A DNA stretch of 64,000 bases from Lachnospiraceae bacterium. Lineage in GTDB: Bacteria; Bacillota; Clostridia; Lachnospirales; Lachnospiraceae. The stretch is from NCBI GenBank assembly GCA_024685635.1, contig JAIKVP010000040.1, positions 67-64,066 on the forward strand, written 5' to 3'. Below, in pieces: positions 8,459 through 15,873 of this stretch. The position numbers and the translations under genes were made by a program. Under the pieces are notes generated by a model. It worked only from the letters and a program-made list of their open reading frames with translations, was not told where the DNA came from and ran no database searches. The first letter of the stretch is position 1, and every line of letters begins with the position of its first letter.

Positions 8459-8830
8459 ATGCTTGGTAACAAAGACATAATGGCGCACAACATAGAATAT
8501 TATATGAACAAGCATGGAAAGACACGCAACGAAATGTGCCAAGCTCTCGGTGTCAAATATACGACGTTCACAGACTGGGTAAAAGGAAATTCGTATCCAA
8601 GAATCGATAAAATAGAATTAATGGCAAATTATTTCGGCATTAGCAAATCGGATCTTGTTGAGTTTCATGACGAAAGCAATGATAAGGAGCTATCCTCATC
8701 TGAGCAAAAACTCCTTGAAAACTTTAATAAACTTAATACTTTAGGGCAAGAAAAAGTCCTCGAGGATATCGAAAACATGACTTATAATCCTAAATATAAA
8801 AAAGATACCGAATTATTAAGAAACGCTTGA
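8459..8830 (+). CDS. CI-like XRE repressor (no peptidase domain)
   Basis: HTH with TTFTDWVKGNSYPRIDKIELMANYFGISKSDLVE; RBS GGAGG before ATG 8459. Confidence 0.9.
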   Translation: MLGNKDIMAHNIEYYMNKHGKTRNEMCQALGVKYTTFTDWVKGNSYPRIDKIELMANYFGISKSDLVEFHDESNDKELSSSEQKLLENFNKLNTLGQEKVLEDIENMTYNPKYKKDTELLRNA

Positions 8831-9028
8831 ATGTTATATATGTACAATTAGAACGATAAATGTGAGAGGTGTTCGAAGTAAAAACACCACCTACGGCATA
8901 TTCGTGCTTTCAGTGGTTCATATACATTATCCTATAAGTTGAATCTTGAGTCAAGCAAAAGCGAGATTCAGAAGGCTTTTCGGGATTTATAAATCTTGCA
9001 TTTTTTACATATTTTTTTATTTTTTCGC

Positions 9029-9057
9029 TTGACTTTCACGCTATACCGTGATATAAT
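9029..9057 (+). promoter_or_regulatory. Near-consensus promoter for the small-peptide cassette
   Basis: TTGACT-17 bp-TATAAT. Confidence 0.8.
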
Positions 9058-9088
9058 AATTATAGAGTTAAGGAAAGGAGGCGATAGG

Positions 9089-9208
9089 GTGAGCAAGAAA
9101 AAGAAAAAGCGCCAGCGACGCAACCGCAAGCGCTTAGAGCTCTTCTTAAGAATTCTCGAAGGAATCACAATCGGTGTTCTTACAGAACTCATCATAAGGC
9201 TTTTATAA
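9089..9208 (+). CDS. 39-aa basic/hydrophobic peptide (type I toxin-like architecture)
   Basis: RBS AAAGGAGG, GTG start; MSKKKKKRQRRNRKRLELFLRILEGITIGVLTELIIRLL. Confidence 0.75.
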   Translation: MSKKKKKRQRRNRKRLELFLRILEGITIGVLTELIIRLL

Positions 9209-9213
9209 GCCAC

Positions 9214-9248
9214 ATATCCAAGGGAGGTTTGCTCCCTCCCTTGGATAT
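9214..9248. repeat. 14-bp perfect hairpin between the two peptide genes
   Basis: ATATCCAAGGGAGG-7 nt-CCTCCCTTGGATAT; no U-tract on either strand. Confidence 0.9.
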
Positions 9249-9278
9249 AAAATAACATATTAAGGAGGTTTTTACAAG

Positions 9279-9437
9279 ATGAAATTCAGATTATTGATTC
9301 TATTGGCTTTGTTATCAGCTGCTATCGGAATTATAGCGAAGTCTACTCTTATACTTCATATAGGAACAGGTTTTGCAGCCGTGGCAGTGTTAGATACCAT
9401 CATCGATTATTTTAAGGAGGCTAAGGATGAAGCTTAA
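9279..9437 (+). CDS. 52-aa two-TM membrane peptide (absent from the ORF track)
   Basis: RBS AAGGAGG; MKFRLLILLALLSAAIGIIAKSTLILHIGTGFAAVAVLDTIIDYFKEAKDEA; overlaps the next gene start. Confidence 0.75.
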   Translation: MKFRLLILLALLSAAIGIIAKSTLILHIGTGFAAVAVLDTIIDYFKEAKDEA

Positions 9438-9621
9438 GGAAATAAGGGCAGAAAAAGGCTTATCCTTTCGTGAGCTTGCGGAACTCTCAGGAGTTCCGCA
9501 ACGCACGATTGAGGATATAGAATATCTTAACAAAGATACAACAAAGGTATGTAATATTGTGGCATTATGCAAGGCTCTTAATGTTTCAATGGATGAAATG
9601 TGTGCAGACTTATTTGAGTAA
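9427..9621 (+). CDS. XRE-family HTH protein
   Basis: MKLKEIRAEKGLSFRELAELSGVPQRTIEDIE. Confidence 0.85.
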   Translation: MKLKEIRAEKGLSFRELAELSGVPQRTIEDIEYLNKDTTKVCNIVALCKALNVSMDEMCADLFE

Positions 9622-9623
9622 TA

Positions 9624-9664
9624 TACTTAAGTATATACTTAAGTAGGTGTTGCACCGGTGCAAC
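9624..9664. repeat. 22-bp palindrome (9624-9645) plus copy 3 of GTTGCACCGGTGCAAC (9649-9664), directly upstream of the integrase RBS
   Basis: TACTTAAGTATATACTTAAGTA; GTTGCACCGGTGCAAC. Confidence 0.9.
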
Positions 9665-9682
9665 TTTTGGAGGTGATTTCTT

Positions 9683-10756
9683 ATGCCTAAAAAACAAAAA
9701 TCAGGATTATATCGTGCAGGCATTAAAACTCCGGATGGTAAGACAAAATGGTTATCCGCCAAATCGATAGCAGAATTAGAACAAAAGAAAGCTGATATAG
9801 CATATACCACAAGGCGCGGCATATATGCAGATGATGTAGGGTATACTGTCGGAGAATGGGGTGACAAATGGCTATCACTCTACAAAAGTAATACTTCCTA
9901 CAGTACATATAACGGATACGCTAATATTCTTAAAAATCATATCAACCCTATCAAGAATATTCGCTTAAAAGATTTGAAAAAGTCTGATATACAAGAGTGT
10001 ATTAACAACGCTTCCGGACACTATGACATTCAACGCAGAATTAAGCTTACGCTTAATCAAATGCTTGAATCAGCAATTGACGACGGTTTGTTGTATCGGA
10101 ATGTATCTAAGGCGGTTCACGTTCCCGTTAAACAGTCATCCGGACACCGTGCGCTTACCGTCTCCGAACGCTCTATCATCCCTAAACTTGACTTATCTAC
10201 CAAAGAGCGTGCTTTTGTATATATATTGTGGTACACAGGGATGCGCCCAGAAGAAGCAAGGGCATTGACAGTCAATGATATAGATTTAGCTCACGATACA
10301 ATCACCGTCAGCAAAGCCGCTGCCTTTGAGTCTAATAAAGTTATAGTGCGACCGCCTAAAACTGCATCGGGCAACAGATGTATAGATATTCTCGAACCGC
10401 TTAAAGCTCCATTATGCGATTATTTTAAAGAATTGGATAATCTATACCTGTTCACGCAAAAAGACGGTAATTTGATGTCTAGGACAGCGTACAGAAGATT
10501 TTGGACTAAGATATATAACAAAATTAACGAGGCTCTTGGCGGCAATAGTAAGATAAAGGCTACTGATCTTACGCCCTATGTCTTTCGACATGAATATGCT
10601 ACTATTTTGTATTACTCGGAGGTTGATGTCAAAGAAGCTGCTCGACTTATGGGGCATCGTGACATAAGAATGATACTTGATGTGTATGCCGAACTTGACG
10701 CAGGCAAAAGCAATTCTAAAGGCAAACTCGATCAATATCTTTCTGAAGCATATTAA
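9683..10756 (+). CDS. int: Tyrosine recombinase (phage integrase)
   Basis: YTGMRPEEA (R), PPKT (K), YVFRHEYAT (HxxR), LMGH, VYAEL (catalytic Y). Confidence 0.97.
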   Translation: MPKKQKSGLYRAGIKTPDGKTKWLSAKSIAELEQKKADIAYTTRRGIYADDVGYTVGEWGDKWLSLYKSNTSYSTYNGYANILKNHINPIKNIRLKDLKKSDIQECINNASGHYDIQRRIKLTLNQMLESAIDDGLLYRNVSKAVHVPVKQSSGHRALTVSERSIIPKLDLSTKERAFVYILWYTGMRPEEARALTVNDIDLAHDTITVSKAAAFESNKVIVRPPKTASGNRCIDILEPLKAPLCDYFKELDNLYLFTQKDGNLMSRTAYRRFWTKIYNKINEALGGNSKIKATDLTPYVFRHEYATILYYSEVDVKEAARLMGHRDIRMILDVYAELDAGKSNSKGKLDQYLSEAY

Positions 10757-10782
10757 GGCGCCAATATGGCGCCTTTTTTTTA
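10755..10782 (+). terminator. Integrase terminator
   Basis: AAGGCGCC-aatat-GGCGCCTT followed by a T run. Confidence 0.85.
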
Positions 10783-10822
10783 TTACATAGATATGACCCC
10801 TTCACTGCAGAACTCATGCAAA

Positions 10823-10873
10823 TTTGTGCAAAGTTTGTGCAAAGTCAGATAGAAAAAGTGGGCAAAAGTGGGC
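10823..10873. repeat. Paired direct repeats, candidate integrase arm-type/accessory sites
   Basis: TTTGTGCAAAG x2 (10823-10844) and AAAAGTGGGC x2 (10854-10873), between integrase and tRNA. Confidence 0.6.
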
Positions 10874-10965
10874 TAAAATTGTGCTATATGTTCGAGAACT
10901 CTTGTTCTTTTTGAAGGGTATAAAAATAGGCTCAAACCCTTGTATTTACTAGGTTTGAGCCGTTA

Positions 10966-11038
10966 AGCTTCGAAAGGGACTTGAACCCTCGACCCCTTCA
11001 TTACGAGTGAAGTGCTCTACCAACTGAGCTATCGAAGC
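10966..11038 (-). tRNA. tRNA-Thr (CGT), prophage attachment site
   Basis: GCTTCGA/TCGAAGC acceptor stem, D-arm AGCTCAGTTGGTAGAGC, anticodon arm CTTCA-CTCGTAA-TGAAG, T-loop GGTTCAAGTCC; no encoded CCA. Confidence 0.97.
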
Positions 11039-11107
11039 ACATCGCTAGCATTTGCCAGCGAGTTATATTTTACATAAATTAACTATAAAAATCAAGTAAA
11101 ACTGCAA

Positions 11108-12511
11108 TCAATTATCCGCTGTTTCATACAATGGATAAACCTTCTCATTAAAAGTTTTTCTAAGGAATATTGTAACCATGCCAAATCCTACTATCTCAGC
11201 TAACGGGAATGACCACCATACCATATCAAGCCCACCTATTTTACTGAAAATGAATGCTAAAGGAAGAATTGCAAAAAGCTGTCTAGTAATCGAAACCATC
11301 ATACTTCTAAAGCCCTCTCCAAGCGCCTGAAGCATCGACATTTTAATGATGCTAAGTGCAGCTAGAGGAAAATGAATACTGATTATTCTAAGAGCTAGTG
11401 CGCCTATAGCAACTGTATTCTTAGACTCCGCAAATATGCCCATAATCTGCTTAGGGAATATCTCAAAGAAGATGGTTCCAACAACCATGATAGTCATGGC
11501 ATAAATCATGCCCCACTTCATAGTCTCCTTGATGCGATCAGGCTTTCTTGCACCGTAGTTATAAGCCGTTATAGGAATAAGGCCGTTGTTCATTCCAAAA
11601 ACAGGCATAAACACAAAACTCTGAACCTTAAAATAGACACCAAATACTGCAACCGCCGACTGATATACCGACAATATTCTATTAAAACCAAGGACCATAA
11701 CTGATCCGATAGAGCCCATAATAATTGAAGGAAGACCAACTTTATAAATTCTCTTTACGATTTTCATTTCCATCTTAAAGCCCTTCATATTAAGGTTAAT
11801 TTCTTTATTAAACTTAACATTGAAGAAAACGCCACAGCAAGCCGCAATCCACTGAGCAGTTACTGTTGCAACAGCAGCTCCCATCATTTCCATCCTTGGG
11901 AAACCAAGCAGACCAAATATCATTATAGGATCGAGAATAATGTTAATTACAGCACCTATTAGCTGAGTGTACATATTGTAAATCGTCTTACCCGTAGACT
12001 GCATGAGCCTCTCCATTCCGATCTGGTAAAACAATCCAATAGACATTGTGCATATAATTGTCAAATACTCGATTCCATAGTTGATAGCAGCGTCGCTTAT
12101 TGTGCTGTTCTTCTGAGCCTCAAAAAATGGTCTAACACCAAAAATTCCAAACACACATACTGCTAAGAATGTCAAAAATGTAATAACCACATAAGTCCTT
12201 GCAACCTGGTTTGCACGTTCAAATTTCTTCTCACCAAGGCTCTTTGAGAGCACTGCATTTACACCGACACCTGTACCTGTTCCTAGAGCTATCATCACCT
12301 GCTGAACAGGGAATGCCAAAGAAACGGCAGTAAGTGCATCTTCACTTATCTTCGCAACAAAGAAGCTATCGACGATGTTGTACATAGCCTGCACAAGCAT
12401 CGATATCATAAGAGGAAGTGACATATCAATAATCAGCTTATTGATCTTCATTACGCCCATTTTATTCTCGGTAACTGGCTTCCCCTCGATTATCTTCTTG
12501 TCTTCATTCAT
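11108..12511 (-). CDS. MATE family efflux transporter
   Basis: LPLMISMLVQAMYNIVDSFFVAK...ALTAVSLAFP; about 12 TM helices in two repeats. Confidence 0.95.
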   Translation of the reverse strand: MNEDKKIIEGKPVTENKMGVMKINKLIIDMSLPLMISMLVQAMYNIVDSFFVAKISEDALTAVSLAFPVQQVMIALGTGTGVGVNAVLSKSLGEKKFERANQVARTYVVITFLTFLAVCVFGIFGVRPFFEAQKNSTISDAAINYGIEYLTIICTMSIGLFYQIGMERLMQSTGKTIYNMYTQLIGAVINIILDPIMIFGLLGFPRMEMMGAAVATVTAQWIAACCGVFFNVKFNKEINLNMKGFKMEMKIVKRIYKVGLPSIIMGSIGSVMVLGFNRILSVYQSAVAVFGVYFKVQSFVFMPVFGMNNGLIPITAYNYGARKPDRIKETMKWGMIYAMTIMVVGTIFFEIFPKQIMGIFAESKNTVAIGALALRIISIHFPLAALSIIKMSMLQALGEGFRSMMVSITRQLFAILPLAFIFSKIGGLDMVWWSFPLAEIVGFGMVTIFLRKTFNEKVYPLYETADN

Positions 12512-12531
12512 TATATGTTTTGCTCCTAATA

Positions 12532-12789
12532 TTAGTATTCGTTACTCAAATATTTCTGTATGCTGTCAAGTGCCTGAACCTCGTCATCGCCCTCTGCACT
12601 TACATCAACAGTCTCTCCACTTGTAAGGCCGAGACCCATCATACCCATGATGCTCTTAGCGTTAATCTTGCGATTCTCAGACAAGAAATAAATCTTGCTC
12701 TGATACTGACTTGCAACCTGCACAAGCATAGCAACTGGTCTAGCCTCTAATCCTGATTCTAGTTTTACTTCCATTGTTCTTGTTGTCAT
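12532..12789 (-). CDS. HPr-family protein, Crh-like (His15 replaced by Glu, Ser46 kept)
   Basis: GLEARP and NAKSIMG motifs; follows whiA. Confidence 0.92.
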   Translation of the reverse strand: MTTRTMEVKLESGLEARPVAMLVQVASQYQSKIYFLSENRKINAKSIMGMMGLGLTSGETVDVSAEGDDEVQALDSIQKYLSNEY

Positions 12790-12807
12790 GTCGTCCTCCT
12801 ATAATTC

Positions 12808-13767
12808 TTAAATGTCTCCGTTGCTTTTTCGCAACTCGTTTGCAATGTTACTTAATTTTCTTAATCTATGATTTACACCGGACTTCCCAACCGGTGGATT
12901 AAGCATTTGTCCTAAATCCTTAAGTGGCGCATCTGGCTCTCTTAATCTTAGCTCTGCCATCTGCCTTAAGGACTCAGATAAATTGCTAAAGCCTTTGTGC
13001 TCCTTGATATATCTAATATCCTCTAACTGTCTGACCGCTGCCGAAACCGTCTTATTGATGTTGGCTGTCTCACAGTTAACTCGCCTGTTGACCTTATTTC
13101 TCATTTCCTTCATAACGCGGATATTTTCTAGCTCCATAAGCCCTTTATGAGCTTCCATAATATTAAGAGCGTCAACAATCTGAGCACCTTCCTTCAAATA
13201 AACTACATAATAGTTCTTTCTAACAACTATCTTGGCATCTAGTAAGAATCCGTTGATTAAAGCCTTAATCTGTTCTGCCTTCTCGCTATCATTGGCCACT
13301 ATTTCAAAATGATAGCCCTTTTCGGGATCCGTAATAGAACCCGTAGCCAAAAAACATCCCCTTAAAAATGCCCTCTTGCAGCAGCTTCTCTGAATTAATA
13401 CCTTGTCATTTACAAGTAGCTGCTCCTTGATGTCGCCATCGTGCCCCATAAGCTTGGTCGCCTTTAATATCTTAATAGCTTCCTCGTTATCATCTATAGT
13501 CTGTATATATGTATGTACCTTTCTGTTAGTCGAGTGCCCTCTGACTAAGACTCTTGGTACAATGTGAAAACATCTTCTCAATAGCTTGTTATACTTATCA
13601 GCAACGGCAGAATTCTCTGTCCTTACCTCGATTTCATATGTGTCATAGGTTGAAATGCTGACAATACCGCAAATGCTTAAAATTGCCGCAATCTCAGCGA
13701 GCTGGCAATGCCTAGCTGAAGGCACAACATTTTTAAGCTCATTTTTTACATCACGATTAAATGACAT
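12808..13767 (-). CDS. whiA: DNA-binding protein WhiA (start revised to ATG 13767)
   Basis: MSF...VKNEL, RAFLRGCFLATGSITDPEKGYHFEI, NRRVNCETAN, KSGVNHRLRK. Confidence 0.97.
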   Translation of the reverse strand: MSFNRDVKNELKNVVPSARHCQLAEIAAILSICGIVSISTYDTYEIEVRTENSAVADKYNKLLRRCFHIVPRVLVRGHSTNRKVHTYIQTIDDNEEAIKILKATKLMGHDGDIKEQLLVNDKVLIQRSCCKRAFLRGCFLATGSITDPEKGYHFEIVANDSEKAEQIKALINGFLLDAKIVVRKNYYVVYLKEGAQIVDALNIMEAHKGLMELENIRVMKEMRNKVNRRVNCETANINKTVSAAVRQLEDIRYIKEHKGFSNLSESLRQMAELRLREPDAPLKDLGQMLNPPVGKSGVNHRLRKLSNIANELRKSNGDI

Positions 13768-13774
13768 ATAGGCC

Positions 13775-14659
13775 TCACTTTCTTGCCTCGCCCTTAACCT
13801 TAGCGTCCTTTTCAATGTCTCTGTGCTCAATCTTAACGCTGTAGCCACTAGCCTTTAGATTCTCATATAAGGCATTAGCTAGCGTAACTGACCTGTGCTT
13901 GCCACCTGTACATCCAACACTTATTACAAGCTGGTATTTGCCTTCCTTGTGATAGTTAGGAATCAGAAAATCACACATGTCATTTAACTTATTAAGGAAT
14001 TCCTCTGACTCAGGACAATTCATAACAAAGTCCCTAACAGGAGCGTCATTACCGCTTAGATACTTAAGCTCAGGCACATAATAAGGATTAGGTAAAAATC
14101 TGACATCAAATACTAAGTCACTGTCTAGCGGAATTCCATACTTAAAACCAAACGAAAGAACTGTTATATATATATTCTTGTACTTCTCATCTTCAACAAA
14201 TATCTTATCGATCTCAGCTTTGAGCTCACGAGTTAGCATATTGCTTGTATCAATAATGTAAGTTGCATCCTTTTTAAGAAATGCAGTCTTTTCTCTCTCA
14301 AGCTTGATACCATTTTCAACTCTGTCTTCAACAGCTAGAGGATGACGCCTTCTAGTCTCCTTATATCTCCTTAAGAGAACGCTGTCGCTACAGTCAAGAT
14401 ACAAAAGCTCATACTCATATCCAGCCTCAACTATCTCTCCTAATATTCCCTCAAGATTCTCTATATCCTTACCACTTCTAATATCAACGCCAACGGCGAC
14501 CTTGTTAAGCTCGCTCTTACCGTCAAATGAAAGCTCTACAAAAGGTTTTATAAGCCTTATTGGAAGGTTATCAATGCAATAATATGACGCGTCCTCTAAG
14601 AAGCGCAAAACACTACTCTTACCTGCACCAGACATACCAGATACAATAACAAGTCGCAT
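13775..14659 (-). CDS. rapZ: RNase adapter RapZ/YvcJ
   Basis: SGMSGAGKS P-loop, DNLP, SFGFKYG, FDVRFLPNPY, GCTGGKHRSV. Confidence 0.97.
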   Translation of the reverse strand: MRLVIVSGMSGAGKSSVLRFLEDASYYCIDNLPIRLIKPFVELSFDGKSELNKVAVGVDIRSGKDIENLEGILGEIVEAGYEYELLYLDCSDSVLLRRYKETRRRHPLAVEDRVENGIKLEREKTAFLKKDATYIIDTSNMLTRELKAEIDKIFVEDEKYKNIYITVLSFGFKYGIPLDSDLVFDVRFLPNPYYVPELKYLSGNDAPVRDFVMNCPESEEFLNKLNDMCDFLIPNYHKEGKYQLVISVGCTGGKHRSVTLANALYENLKASGYSVKIEHRDIEKDAKVKGEARK

Positions 14660-14724
14660 ATCAATTCCTCCCACTTAATAAAATATTACACTATAGCCCT
14701 ATAATCACTGATTATTTTAGCTTT

Positions 14725-15642
14725 CTAAAACTCTCCAAGAAGTCTAATCTCTCGCTCTAAATTAACTCCGAACTTCTCAAATACAATCTTCTTAACATCC
14801 TCAGTAAGCTTATAAATATCAGTAGCTGTGCCGTGCTCATCATTAACAACAAAGCCACAGTGCTTAGTAGAAACTGACGCACCGCCAACTCTGTATCCCT
14901 TAAGTCCAGAATCCTCAATAAGCTTGCCTGCAAAATAGCCTTCAGGCCTCTTAAATGTAGAACCAGCGCTTGGAAACTCTAGTGGTTGCTTATCTCTTCT
15001 CTTCTGATTAAGCTCATCTGTCATAGCCTTAATAGTCTCGCTATCGCCATAAGGCAAGGCAAATGTTGCCGACAAGACGTAAGCCTCCTCGCTCATAAGA
15101 GCACTGTGTCTATAAGAAAGATCCAAACTCTCTAAATCTCTAACTTCAACACTTAAATCGCTAGTTAAAACCTCAACCGACTTAATGATATCCTTCATCT
15201 CTCCACCGTATGCGCCAGCGTTCATATAACACGCACCGCCAACAGAACCAGGAATACCCGATGCCCAGTGAAAACCAGCAATTCCCTCTTTCATAAGATA
15301 AGCGCCAACATTTGATAAAAGTGCTCCAGAAAGGACTGTAACGAAAGCCATATCATCCTCTTTAACTACGCTGATATCGGCAAATTCCCTGCCAAATTCA
15401 AATACTGCGCCTCTTATGCCAGCGTCTGAAACAAGAACATTACTTCCGTTGCCCAATATGGTAACCGGATAATCGCTATCCCTGCAGACCTTAAGGCCAC
15501 TAATCAACTGCTCCTTAGAGCTAACCCTTATGAAAATGTCAGCATTGCCGCCAACTCTAAATGTCGTATGCCTGCTCATAGGCTCATTTACGCTCACATA
15601 CTCCTGCCCACAAGCACTTATAATCTCATCTATGATACTCAT
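14725..15642 (-). CDS. murB: UDP-N-acetylmuramate dehydrogenase
   Basis: HTTFRVGG, GNGSNVL, GIPGSVGGACYMNAGAYG, QPLEFPSAGSTFKRP. Confidence 0.98.
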   Translation of the reverse strand: MSIIDEIISACGQEYVSVNEPMSRHTTFRVGGNADIFIRVSSKEQLISGLKVCRDSDYPVTILGNGSNVLVSDAGIRGAVFEFGREFADISVVKEDDMAFVTVLSGALLSNVGAYLMKEGIAGFHWASGIPGSVGGACYMNAGAYGGEMKDIIKSVEVLTSDLSVEVRDLESLDLSYRHSALMSEEAYVLSATFALPYGDSETIKAMTDELNQKRRDKQPLEFPSAGSTFKRPEGYFAGKLIEDSGLKGYRVGGASVSTKHCGFVVNDEHGTATDIYKLTEDVKKIVFEKFGVNLEREIRLLGEF

Positions 15643-15807
15643 AAATAAACCTCAATATATAGTAACTTGCGTATAAATAACACAATATACGCACAATAAT
15701 CCACTATCACAACATATCCTACTATACATTATCAAAAATCCACATTCAATGATAAAAACTCACGAAAAGAAAAGAATATAAAGCATTCTTTAAGTATTTT
15801 TACACAA

Positions 15808-15840
15808 TAAAGAAAACCCGCCAGCGTTAGCTAACGGGTT
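15808..15840 (-). terminator. Terminator after the alpha-galactosidase gene
   Basis: AACCCGTTAGC-taac-GCTGGCGGGTT then TTCTTT on the minus strand. Confidence 0.75.
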
Positions 15841-15873
15841 AATAATCATATATTAAGCTAATATAAGGCATCT

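Larger units (their letters stand above)
1..10965. mobile_element. Temperate prophage, integrase-proximal end (other end outside window), inserted at tRNA-Thr(CGT)
   Basis: Tyrosine integrase next to the tRNA 3' end; divergent cro/cI-like HTH pair; tightly packed minus-strand phage-type early genes (PcfJ-like, DUF7666-like, HUH Rep, SleB-like). Confidence 0.92.

Noticed and set aside
8780-8860. Possible frameshift extension of the repressor (alternative frame ...KRYRIIKKRLNVIYVQLER)
   Set aside because: TAT AAA AAA GAT is not a canonical slippery heptamer and no stimulatory structure is evident.
12808-13848. ORF-track starts for whiA (13848), radical SAM (22254), 6918, 28920 and 34079
   Set aside because: Extensions overlap upstream genes, hairpins or the HD-GYP relic and lack an RBS; downstream ATGs have clear Shine-Dalgarno sequences.
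15668-15693. 8-bp inverted repeat TGCGTATA/TATACGCA upstream of murB
   Set aside because: Single short instance with no second copy to support an operator call.
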